From Schizochytrium sp. TIO01 (Eukaryota; Protista; Bigyra: Labyrinthulomycetes): a stretch of 64,000 bases of DNA. The DNA lies in NCBI GenBank assembly GCA_004764695.1, contig SMSO01000025.1, positions 5,372,862 to 5,436,861 of the forward strand, given 5' to 3'. Positions 46,512-56,271 of the stretch are shown in pieces. The notes below the pieces were generated by a model. It made no database searches, had not been told where the DNA came from, and saw only the letters and a program-made list of their open reading frames with translations. Both the position numbers and the translations under genes were made by a program. How positions within the stretch are numbered: position 1 is the stretch's first letter; each line of letters begins with the position of its first letter.

Positions 46512-48869
46512 ATGGCTGACTCTTCGGACTCCTCCTCGCCATTATCCTCCTCCTCGCCGTCTTCTTCAGCCTCCACCCCGCCGGCCACCCCAACCTCTTC
46601 TGAGGCATCCACCCCGCGCGAAAAACAGGCACTCATCTTCAGCAAGCTTGGTGCCATTAGCGATGAGGCCGAGTGGACCCAGCAGAAACAGGACCTCCTC
46701 ACCGCCATGCTCGACATGGATCACGTCCACCTCAGCAAAGAGATGTTGGCCTTCCTAGGACACACCTCTTCCATCCAGGCACTGGCAAGAGTTGTTTCGC
46801 AGCGTAACGCAAGCCAGAGCGTATCCGCACAAGAATTTGAGGTGGATTCCGATGGCATCTTTCGGTGGAAATGGGAATCGGGAGACAAGGATCAGAAGGG
46901 CAGCTCCAAGGTTGGGCTAGAGCAGAGACTGTCGCATGGGAGCGATGGGGCAGATCAGCAGCTGGATGGAGCAGATGAAGTTCCTGTGGCAATTAAGAGA
47001 TCGTACCAACTGATGGCGCTACTGTGCGGGTTTGTGGACCCTTCGACTAGGATGGGAGGCATGGTGATGCAGCAGGAGAGCTTCCATGCATCCCAGAGGG
47101 TCATCGAAAGTCCTTCACCTGCGGCGATTGAGTTCATTCACACACATGGAGCCACCTTGTTTGCATACCTGTTTGAGGCATTCCATCCTGATTCAGAGGG
47201 AAGCCTCTACCACGTGTGCAAGCTCATGGATGTCATGCTCCGGTACAGCGCCGAGAACCTGGTAGAGTCCTTTGTGGTTAATAAGCGCGCCTTTAAGCCA
47301 GCCATTGAGGCAGCGCTTAACTACATTGATCGACCCTGCGTTGCAGATATCCTCCTTACGATCCTGTGTCCCCTTAGCGGTTCTCAGGAGGACTTTCGTC
47401 GAGGTTTCTACCGCGTCTTGCCGCAGACCCGCGTCAAGTACTTCCGCATGCTTGCCAACGCTAACATCTTGCCTGCCATCGCACAGCATATCTGGCTGCC
47501 CACCGATAACGAGGCTGATCTACAGCGCCACAAGAGCGCCGCTGCCGAGCTGCTTCAAAACCTTGTGCAGCGGCTCGCTGGTGTCGAGCATGGCTCTGAG
47601 ATTCTGGAATCGCTCGTGCGAGGTACTGAGGTCATTCATGGTCTTATCACTGTAGCCTGTGGAGATGAGCGCCTTCTGTCCCGTCCCGAGGAGCGCGCGA
47701 AACGACAAGAGGAGCTTGCTAGAAAACTCAAAGAGGAGAAGGCACGTGCGCGCGCCGCGAAGCAGGCCGGAAAGAAGAAGGGCGGAAAGAAGGGTGGCAA
47801 GAAGGGCAAGAAAGGTGGCGGCAACAAGGGGAAAAAGCAGCAACAACAGCAGCAACAGGCCTCGGCTCGACAAAATAAGGATGATGATGAAGAAGAAGAT
47901 GATGACGATGAAGGCGAAGATGCCGCTGATGTTGGCGGGGAGGATAGTGCTACAGATTCGCCGAACAAACACACTTTCCAACGAGATGCGGCGCTAGAAA
48001 CGCTGCACCGCATTGTGGAACTCTCCACAAAGGATAAGGTACCTGCATCAGAAGTGAGGGAGTACAAATCTTTTGCAGAGTCTCAAAGTAATGTGGTTGA
48101 ATGTCAGCTAACCGGCATTGCAGACCGTATTCATAATCTGCTTGACACAAACTTCGACGAGCTCTGTCACGCGTTCACTGACCCAACAAGCTTTCGCTCA
48201 ACCAACCTTGGACGCAACGTGCGCCATACAAGCTACGTGGTGGAACACCCATTCTCGAGCTACCGTTTGGAGCTAATTAAACTCATTGTTGCGTGTATTG
48301 TGCACAAGCCAAAGGTACTTTTGAAGAAGGTTGCGCCTAAGCACTGGAACTCTCTCTGTGACTGGTTTTTTGAGTACAAGCACTGCAACTTATACCATGC
48401 TGAATTTAAGAAACTCTTCATGACTCTTGTTCGGTCTGAGGAGTCAGAAGATGTCTTGCTGTATGTCTTGCGTGACTGTAACCTTTTGCACCGAATGATC
48501 CAGGAATTTGCAGATGTTGAATCTCGGCGGAGATCTAACACGTCTGGTCATATCCTCATGATGCTGAATGCTCTCCGCCTGCAGGCTGCTTCACACGGTG
48601 AGGATGCAAAGACCTTGCAAGCTTACCTTGATGGGGACAGCACATGGACTAGTTTTTTGCCGGACCTCATTGCTGAAACACTCAAGCTTGTCCAATCTTG
48701 GGAGCCATCTGACCCGGCTCTCTTTATTTCGGGTAATCCGATGATGCAAGCCAATAAGAAGCAAGCTGAAATCCAACGCCTAACCATGCCTGGACCTGCA
48801 CCGGACCAAGCCCTGATTGATCTAGGTTCTGAATTTGCGAAGAGTCTTGGATTCGAGGAGGAAGAATAA
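46512..48869 (+). CDS. SAPS (SIT4-associated / PP6 regulatory subunit)-like protein
   Basis: 785-aa helical protein. C-terminal PFSSYRLELIKLI, DWFFEYKHCNLYH, SGHILMMLN and WTSF match the SAPS pattern (PLG..RL, LFF.Y.WNNFLH, GH...IAN, W..F). Confidence 0.7.
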   Translation: MADSSDSSSPLSSSSPSSSASTPPATPTSSEASTPREKQALIFSKLGAISDEAEWTQQKQDLLTAMLDMDHVHLSKEMLAFLGHTSSIQALARVVSQRNASQSVSAQEFEVDSDGIFRWKWESGDKDQKGSSKVGLEQRLSHGSDGADQQLDGADEVPVAIKRSYQLMALLCGFVDPSTRMGGMVMQQESFHASQRVIESPSPAAIEFIHTHGATLFAYLFEAFHPDSEGSLYHVCKLMDVMLRYSAENLVESFVVNKRAFKPAIEAALNYIDRPCVADILLTILCPLSGSQEDFRRGFYRVLPQTRVKYFRMLANANILPAIAQHIWLPTDNEADLQRHKSAAAELLQNLVQRLAGVEHGSEILESLVRGTEVIHGLITVACGDERLLSRPEERAKRQEELARKLKEEKARARAAKQAGKKKGGKKGGKKGKKGGGNKGKKQQQQQQQASARQNKDDDEEEDDDDEGEDAADVGGEDSATDSPNKHTFQRDAALETLHRIVELSTKDKVPASEVREYKSFAESQSNVVECQLTGIADRIHNLLDTNFDELCHAFTDPTSFRSTNLGRNVRHTSYVVEHPFSSYRLELIKLIVACIVHKPKVLLKKVAPKHWNSLCDWFFEYKHCNLYHAEFKKLFMTLVRSEESEDVLLYVLRDCNLLHRMIQEFADVESRRRSNTSGHILMMLNALRLQAASHGEDAKTLQAYLDGDSTWTSFLPDLIAETLKLVQSWEPSDPALFISGNPMMQANKKQAEIQRLTMPGPAPDQALIDLGSEFAKSLGFEEEE

Positions 48870-50031
48870 TCGGTGTCTATGCTTAATCGAATCGTCATCA
48901 TCAGCAATAGCATCAATAATTACTGCAAACGCTCTTTTAATTTTGATCTAGTTGTTTGCTCTCGTATAGAAGAGACTGTGGTGCTGCCATATCAAGAACA
49001 AAACACAAAAACTATTTATGGCTTGGAGGGGAATCTCTTAGAGATCCAGCATACCTCCACTAGAATGCACCTTTTCTTTTATATGTCCTTCTCTTTGTCT
49101 GGGTCTGCTTGGACGCCAACGTAAAATCATGTAAGCCCTTGCCATCCTTTTATTCATCCTTTCACTTTTCTATAGTCAACTCTAAAATGAAAACAAATCT
49201 CCTTTGTCGTATTCGAGTGTCCCTTTGTTTTATAGGCCTACAGAAAATAACGTAGTTTGGAGCAGAAATCAAACGATTGAAAGTTGTCAAAGCAGAAGAT
49301 ATTTGAAGTGGATTACTCTATCTCGATTTCTCTCCATGTAAAAACGTAAGTCTGATTTCCCAGACTGGTGGTTGAATCTGAATATAAGGAAACAAGATTA
49401 TAAACGACCCCTACTTTGAAAGTCTCTCCAACAGATATAATAACGAGTTCTGTAAAAAAAATTATATCAACAATTGCGAGACTACGAAGAATTGCTGCTT
49501 CTAAGTTGTGGCCGACGATTTATCACAAGTTTGGATCTGATTTCATGAGATCTGAAGTGCTTTGTTCTTTAAATAAGAAGCAAAGACAACGCAAAACAAG
49601 GAATAAAGACAAAAAAACAGGGCGACGTTGCGTGGTTACGTTTCTCTAATTATAGACTTAGGCTTACGTAGAATCTAATTTGAGTTATGTTTGGTAAGTA
49701 GGTTTCTCCCTCACTTGGGTTGAAACGAAAGGGGGGAGTGTTGGGGTGCATTTAAAAAGTAATAACAATTCTTCTTACTCATTGTGAAGGGCGGTAGTTC
49801 TCGTCAGGCCTCCTGTCTGCCAGCTTGCCTGCGTGTCCAAGTCCCATGTCCACGCACATCCCTGCCTTCCTCCCGTCCCCGCATCTAGAATAGAATAGAG
49901 TTCATCAACTTGGTTTACGTTTTTCACCAGCATGTTGCACGTTCTGCTAGCTGGTCCGCTCGAGCATAGAAACCCTTCAATCACTGAGTCACTAAATCAG
50001 CGAGTGGGAGCATCAATTAGGGTGCCACTCT

Positions 50032-50697
50032 TTACTTGTGGGCCTGAGCTGCGTCATCCTCCTCGAGGTCGGGAAGGTCTCCGTCGTCAGAGTCTCCGTC
50101 GTCGCCACCAAAGTCCGCTCCCTCAGCGCCCTTCATGGCCTCCATTTGCTTCATGAGTGCCTCCATGTCCATGCCGCCCATGCCGCCCATGCCGGGCATG
50201 CCACCCATGCCGCCCATTCCAGGCATGCCACCCATGCCGCCCATGCCGGGCATACCGCCCATACCGGGCATACCGCCCATGCCACCCATCATATCACCAA
50301 GACCAGACATTCCGTCGGTGTTGAAGTCCTCCTCCTCGTCATCGCTGTCCTGCCACTTGTCAAAGTCCACCTTGACGTTGGTCTTCTGCAGCTGCTTGTT
50401 CTCAAGGAGACGGGGCCAGAAGCCCTCCTCCTTCTTCTGCAGCAAGAAGGTCACTCCGCGAGGCTTGATGACGTACTTGGACTCCTCAGAGGCGGCGTCA
50501 ACACCCTTGTTCTCCTTAAAGAACTCGAGCTCCACCTGGTAGTCCTTGTCTTGAGACTTGCCGTGGAAGACGAGCTTGTCGTCGGAGAGGTCGATCTTGG
50601 CGGTCTCCTTGTCCACATCCGGGAGGTCAATCGTCACGTACAGCGTGTTGTTGCGCTGAGCCCAGGTCACGGGAGCGGTGAGGGTCTTCGAAGCCAT
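50032..50697 (-). CDS. Hsp90 co-chaperone p23 (PTGES3/Sba1 family, CS domain)
   Basis: APVTWAQR..LYVTI, FWPRLL, VKVDFDKWQDSDDEE, GGMPGM repeat tail and acidic DLPDLE end. Strong GC3 codon bias. Confidence 0.93.
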   Translation of the reverse strand: MASKTLTAPVTWAQRNNTLYVTIDLPDVDKETAKIDLSDDKLVFHGKSQDKDYQVELEFFKENKGVDAASEESKYVIKPRGVTFLLQKKEEGFWPRLLENKQLQKTNVKVDFDKWQDSDDEEEDFNTDGMSGLGDMMGGMGGMPGMGGMPGMGGMGGMPGMGGMGGMPGMGGMGGMDMEALMKQMEAMKGAEGADFGGDDGDSDDGDLPDLEEDDAAQAHK

Positions 50698-52256
50698 TGT
50701 ATTCGCGAAAGGTTGCGGGGAACTCTGGAGCTGCTGTCTATCTACTTTGCACGCGAGGTACTTGAGTTGCGATACTGCTGGCTACCTATCCATCTATCTT
50801 TCTATCTGTATCCATTAGGCTCCAAAAAGAGGAGCAAACAAACAAGATTGTTCTAGCAAACTCGCTCAAAGTCGAAAATACCCGGAAAATGTAAATAGAC
50901 TATCCACTTATAACCCACTTGTGGTTTGTCCACAAGTAGAGTATAGGCAGTGTACAATGCAAAACAAAATAGAGCATCCCAATTAAAAAACAATAATACT
51001 ACTTATTTGAAATTAAATGATTAGACACATTCTATGTAGTCTCAACAGAAAAAACTCTCTGAGTTCTTTCACTCTTCTTCTTTTTCATTCATCATGTTCT
51101 TTCCACTTTCTTCTTTTTCAGTTCTTTTAGAACGACGCGCAGGTTAGTTCGATATTACAGAGGGCAAGAGAGCCCAGTCGGCTCAAATGATGTTGCAGAA
51201 GAACTCGCGAAAGAAATGTTGATGCTAACGAGTTCACTCAGAGATTTCAAGGGGCATGAATAAGATCTGAGCATTTGCAATCATGATGCGAGGAGTGCTG
51301 ATTTTCTGCTGTTTATTGACTTTTCTGCAAATCTGAACAGGAAACAAGAAATAATATAAGAATCCTGGCGCAGAAGTTCACGATCTAAGGCCGCAAACGA
51401 ATCGAAATAATTGCAACCAATCGCAAATTGCCACGGCGGATGTTCGTGAAGCACATTTGTGAACGCAAATCCAAACTCCACATTCACAAGCCTTAAAACT
51501 ATCAGTTTTACCGACAAAATTTGCGATGTTTGGGTTGATAGATAGATAGATAGTTAGATTAAAAAAATAAAAATATTTAATATTTTAAAATAACCATGGC
51601 CTTTCTACTACTACCTATGTACCTCCTATTTACATCACTAGATACTAACTTTTACTATGGAGCGTTATTGAATGCTGGTTTAGATACTAGGTGGATACCT
51701 ACGTCAAACGGCAGGGAGCGGTTAACTGGCCCTTCTGGAAAGGCCCCCCCCCAGCTGCAATTCGCATAGGATCTCAATCAAGCTATACATTAATAGTTAC
51801 GGTACCTATTTAATGGACAGGGACCCAGTTTGGGGGGTAGGCGCATAAGGGGGGTCGCCGCCCTGAGTCGCGCACGGAGGAGCTCCTCGTATTCAAGCGA
51901 ACGCAGTGCTTCGAAAACAAGAACGGAGTATGGGCGTTCTGCACAGAATACCCCCTCCTTGCTCTTCTCTCTTCGCGCCTGAATCTCCATGCGCAAACCT
52001 CGAATTCCAAGGCCCTGGTTTGGACGAATTCCTCTTCTCGAGAGCGACAGGCTCTGCGCCAACGGCCATAAGGAGGTCAGGAGGGCCTCGCGGGAGGGCG
52101 AAACTATGACTCAGGAATGACATACGTGAACTGAGTAGTAGTAGTAGAGCTCGAAGGTGAATAGGAGCGGTGAGGTGCATCGTGGTGCTGTGGGTAATTT
52201 TGAGAGCGCGAAGATGCCCTGCCATAGGTGGCACAGTACAGCGGCGCCCACGCTCC

Positions 52257-52620
52257 TGTACAAAGCACAACGCGGGTTGGGGAACACGGAGCAGAAAACC
52301 TGAACTGTGACTAGTGCTGCCTTGGCGAGATTTCGATGGTGGGTCAATCAAGCGAAGCGTCAGCTTCTCTCTAGAATGTACAAAGCACAACGCGGGTTGG
52401 AGAACGTAATGCAGAAAGCCTAAAGTGTGACTGGTGCTGTCTTGGCGAGATTTCGATTGTATGTCAATCAAACGAAGCTTCAACTTCTCTCTAGAGAATG
52501 TACAAAATACAACGCGGGTTGGGGAACACGATGCAGAGAAAGCCTAAAGTATGACTGGTGTTGTCTCGGCGAGATTTCGATTGTGGGTCAATCAAACGAA
52601 GTTTCAACTTCTCTCTAGAA
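52257..52620. repeat. Three-copy ~120-bp tandem repeat
   Basis: Units start TGTACAAA at 52257, 52377 and 52499, share ACAACGCGGGTTGG and GGCGAGATTTCGAT, and end CTTCTCTCTAGA. Confidence 0.92.
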
Positions 52621-53446
52621 CGAGCAAGCGGAGATGCTAAATGCAATTTTGCATGAATGAGATGAGGCAGTCCTGGATTTCGTTTCTGTGGGCATGCACA
52701 TGAGACTGCGATTGGTATTTGTTGTGTGTTTTGCAGTCGCTAGGAAAGGGCAGCATTTCATAGCGAAATATATGCATTTTGTTTTTGTGTGTTCGCCAGA
52801 TTGATTTTGAATAGCAAAATAAACTTTGCGGATTTATTTTACATGGAAAGAAACAACAGCGCGCTATGTTCTGTCTACTGTGTAGTTTGATGTTTGTGCT
52901 GCTTCACTGGACTTATTCTTGTTTATTTTGGTTTTAAAATTTAATTTTAAAAGATTAAAAAAAAACTTGATTAGAATTGAATAAAATATAGAAATAGCCA
53001 CAATGATCAAAAGATCGAAAACTTCGCGGAACACAGTCTTCCACAACCCAAATGTATTTGTCCGCTCATTTTGATTATCTATCTTCTACTAGATACCTTC
53101 CGGTTTGACCAGGCCCTTCTGTACCTACCTGGTATCCCTCACCTTTCATGTTTATAAAAATAATTTAATTTTAATTCAAAAAAGAAACAAACAGCAAAAA
53201 AACACTTACTGTTGCTGCTAGCAATTTGTAGCCAGTCTTAGAGGTATTCCACGCGCTCACCAATATTTATCAAATCCACAAAAGCCTTTGAAGAGTCCAC
53301 GCGCGTAGCGCGGGCTCTCAGGGCGCTAGACCTCGGACCGCTTGGCTGGTCTGGACAGGTCTCGTTTCTCTTTCCCCTTATAAACTCCATCTGTCTCTAT
53401 CTTTCCCTCTCACGCTTGCGCCAGTGAGGTGTCCCGGTGAAAGAGC

Positions 53447-55303
53447 ATGCTGTACCTGAAGACGAGGAGCTCCTGGTTAGCTGTGCTGACAGCGTGCTTC
53501 GCAGCGAACCAGGTCGCGCATGTGAAGGGATTTGTATGTGCAGGAGATGGAATGCAATGTCAGAAACCCGAGGGCCTAGAGCTTTGCGAGGATGTGACCT
53601 ATGAAGCTTGCCGAACCGAAGATACTTGGGCTGCTCAAGAAGCGCTGGCTCAAACTCGCCTCGATCGAATCATGTCATTGTATGGGCCAATTGTGAACCG
53701 AAGCGAGGAGTGCTTTGATGTTGTTCGGAAATTCCAATGTGCAGCAGTGTTCTCAGCATGCGAAGGATTTGAAGACAAAGCAGACCTTGTGTGTAGCTCT
53801 CAGTGTGATGTGGTTAAGCAGGTTTGCAGCACTGATGGCACCCAGGATTCCTCTGATGATAGCGAACTTCCCGACATTATTCAGCTAGATAGTCGTGCAT
53901 ACGGACTCATCTGTGACACTGGGACAAGGTCTGAAGAAGAAACTTGTTTTGAGCTCGATTACACGGGACCGTCCTACTATCTGTGGGCGATTGGTTTAGG
54001 CATGGCAGTTCTCTTTTCATTCCTCAACGCTGTAGCTCTGAATCTACAAAAATTGAGTCTTAACCGCCACGGCCAGGATGTACCTGTGATTCGACAGCCG
54101 CTTTGGATTTCAGGATTCTTCATTCTACTCTTGGGATCAGTCATGGACTTTGTTGCCTTTGGTCTCGCACCCGCCAGTCTTCTAGCTCCTCTTGCTGCCT
54201 TGTCCCTCGTCTGGAACATGGTTTCTACACCTTTGATCCTCCGCGAGGAGAAACCTGCGCGTAACCAGATCATCGCAACGATGATTATTTTCTGCGGCTG
54301 CATTCTTGCGGTCATCTTTAGCAACCACTCTTCACCAACCTACACCTTGCAGGATCTCAAAGATCTTTATAGACGCCAAGCCATGATAATATACACCTGC
54401 GTTGTACCCGTCTTGGTAATGCTTCATATGGCCTCAATTGAGATTGTTGAGGCCTTGCCTGCACACTGGCGAGACCGCGGTTTCTTCAAGCGTATCCATC
54501 TCATTGGCTACGCCGGATCCGCAGGTATCGTAGGAGGACAGTCCATTATTTTTGCGAAATCCACTGTGGAAATCTTCAAATCTGCTTTTAGTGGAGCCAA
54601 GGGTATTGGGGCCAACGCGGAGACTTACTTCATCATTTCCGGCATGATCTTTTGTATGCTGGTGCAAATCACCTACTTAAACGGTGGTCTATTGCACCAC
54701 GACTCGTTGTCAATTGTGCCCGTATATCAGGCGTACTGGATTCTTTCTGGTGTCATCGGTGGCTTGGTGTACTTTGATGAAATTTCTGGTTTTACTGCTC
54801 TCCAGTTGGGGCTATTCTCCTTTGGTCTGCTGATGACCTTTGGTGGTGTTTCTTTTCTTGCTCATCTTGCTGGTAAGGAGCGCCGGATGCCTGTAAGTCC
54901 TGGCATTGTGGAAATCAACGAGGACGCCGAGCTCGAAGATGACCCTACTCATCTTGGTGATCGTCATGTAATGAATGATTATCTGATGGCGAACCCGCGT
55001 ACTGCTGCCGTAGAGGTGCTCTTAGACATGGGTATTAACCCGGACAAGGTTGGCCGCATCCTTGGTGAGTCTTCAGTGCGTCTGCGCGTGCAGCGTCATA
55101 AACAATTCGTCTTGACTGAAATGGGCGTAAACCCTGATATCGCCATGAAGATGCTTCGCGGTACTTCATCACGTCGTAATCTCCAATATCATCGTAGTGA
55201 TAACAGTAATGTAGAGGGCATTGAAATGCAGAATGCCTCTCATAATACCTCTCGTGGGGGTGAACAGCAGCATCGCATGGATGGGTCTATGCGTAACATC
55301 TGA
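53447..55303 (+). CDS. Frizzled-type cysteine-rich domain fused to a NIPA-family (DMT) Mg2+ transporter
   Basis: Signal peptide, then a 12-Cys region with C-x8-C-x6-C and C-x3-C-x6-C spacing. NIPA motifs LNLQK, PLWISG, DFVAFGLAPASLLAPL, QITYLNGGL, IVPVYQ, GLVYFDE. Confidence 0.85.
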   Translation: MLYLKTRSSWLAVLTACFAANQVAHVKGFVCAGDGMQCQKPEGLELCEDVTYEACRTEDTWAAQEALAQTRLDRIMSLYGPIVNRSEECFDVVRKFQCAAVFSACEGFEDKADLVCSSQCDVVKQVCSTDGTQDSSDDSELPDIIQLDSRAYGLICDTGTRSEEETCFELDYTGPSYYLWAIGLGMAVLFSFLNAVALNLQKLSLNRHGQDVPVIRQPLWISGFFILLLGSVMDFVAFGLAPASLLAPLAALSLVWNMVSTPLILREEKPARNQIIATMIIFCGCILAVIFSNHSSPTYTLQDLKDLYRRQAMIIYTCVVPVLVMLHMASIEIVEALPAHWRDRGFFKRIHLIGYAGSAGIVGGQSIIFAKSTVEIFKSAFSGAKGIGANAETYFIISGMIFCMLVQITYLNGGLLHHDSLSIVPVYQAYWILSGVIGGLVYFDEISGFTALQLGLFSFGLLMTFGGVSFLAHLAGKERRMPVSPGIVEINEDAELEDDPTHLGDRHVMNDYLMANPRTAAVEVLLDMGINPDKVGRILGESSVRLRVQRHKQFVLTEMGVNPDIAMKMLRGTSSRRNLQYHRSDNSNVEGIEMQNASHNTSRGGEQQHRMDGSMRNI

Positions 55304-56051
55304 CATATTAAATAGTTTGATTTTGTTTTCCTTAAATAAAAGAAACAACAACTAAGCATAAATGATGTACAATCTAGGCACCTGAAATATGTCCTTGCAC
55401 ATGTGTATAATGTACACAGAAAACTACATGGAATACTAATTCTTTCTTATTTTCACTTATTATTATTATTATTAAAAAATAATAATAACATATATAAATA
55501 TATTTATGATTCTGAAAGCTTTGTGGATTCACTCATTCTTCCATAATCCTATGGACTGAGATGTTTTTGAAAAGCATGTCTATCAAGACTAAAGCTCTTG
55601 AAAATTAAGGGCCAGTGTAGGGGTCAAAGTTTGAATTACAAGAGCTTCGATGTGAAACGTTTTCGGTTTGGAAAGAGCATCCCTGACACCATAGATACTC
55701 AAATCAAGTAGTTTCAGTGGTTAGTACCTTTTTTTATTTTTTTTAAATGTAATTTAATTAAAAAAAGATCTAGCCTAATTGAAATAGTGAGATAACTGAA
55801 ACAGCTTTAACCCTGGCTAAATTCAAAATGTCCCGAATTATGTCCGCAAAATATTTTTGACTAAAATCGCCAGAAAACCCTGTAAAGATCTAAAATCGTA
55901 AATTTGATTGTATGATCATGTTGAAACAACTGTTTCCCTAAACTGAGCACGATTTCTTTGCAGAAGCAAGCGTATTGAGCTCACGCTACTCGTCCAAAAA
56001 TTGGCTCACAACCTCGATAAAACGGCCTAATAGGGCAAATAGGCCTTTAGA

Positions 56052-56078
56052 TTTTCAGGACGTAATACGTCCTGAAAA
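56052..56078. repeat. Subterminal palindrome of the transposon, left side
   Basis: TTTTCAGGACGTA-A-TACGTCCTGAAAA, 13-bp perfect arms. Confidence 0.9.
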
Positions 56079-56271
56079 ACTGAACTTTGCATTAGCGAAA
56101 ACGTATAAGAGTTTGGGTATTTTGGTTAGTTTAATAGTTTAGTTAATATAAACAATAGTAGTTTATTTTTGCGTTGCTCAAGTCGGAGAAACATCTAAAG
56201 ATGAAGATTTCGCGATAAATGAAGATTTTATATAAGCTAAATGTAATATTAATTTTTTGTGTGGATAATTT

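Noticed and set aside
50038-50856. 272-aa plus-strand ORF with HAAHA repeats
   Set aside because: Antisense shadow of p23 and its GGMPGM repeat.
50840-51140. Heat-shock elements upstream of p23
   Set aside because: Only imperfect TTC/GAA pairs; no convincing array of three alternating nGAAn units.
52257-52620. Possible CRISPR-like array (also considered for 16740-17110)
   Set aside because: Whole units are homologous with no unique spacers, no cas genes are present, and the context is eukaryotic.
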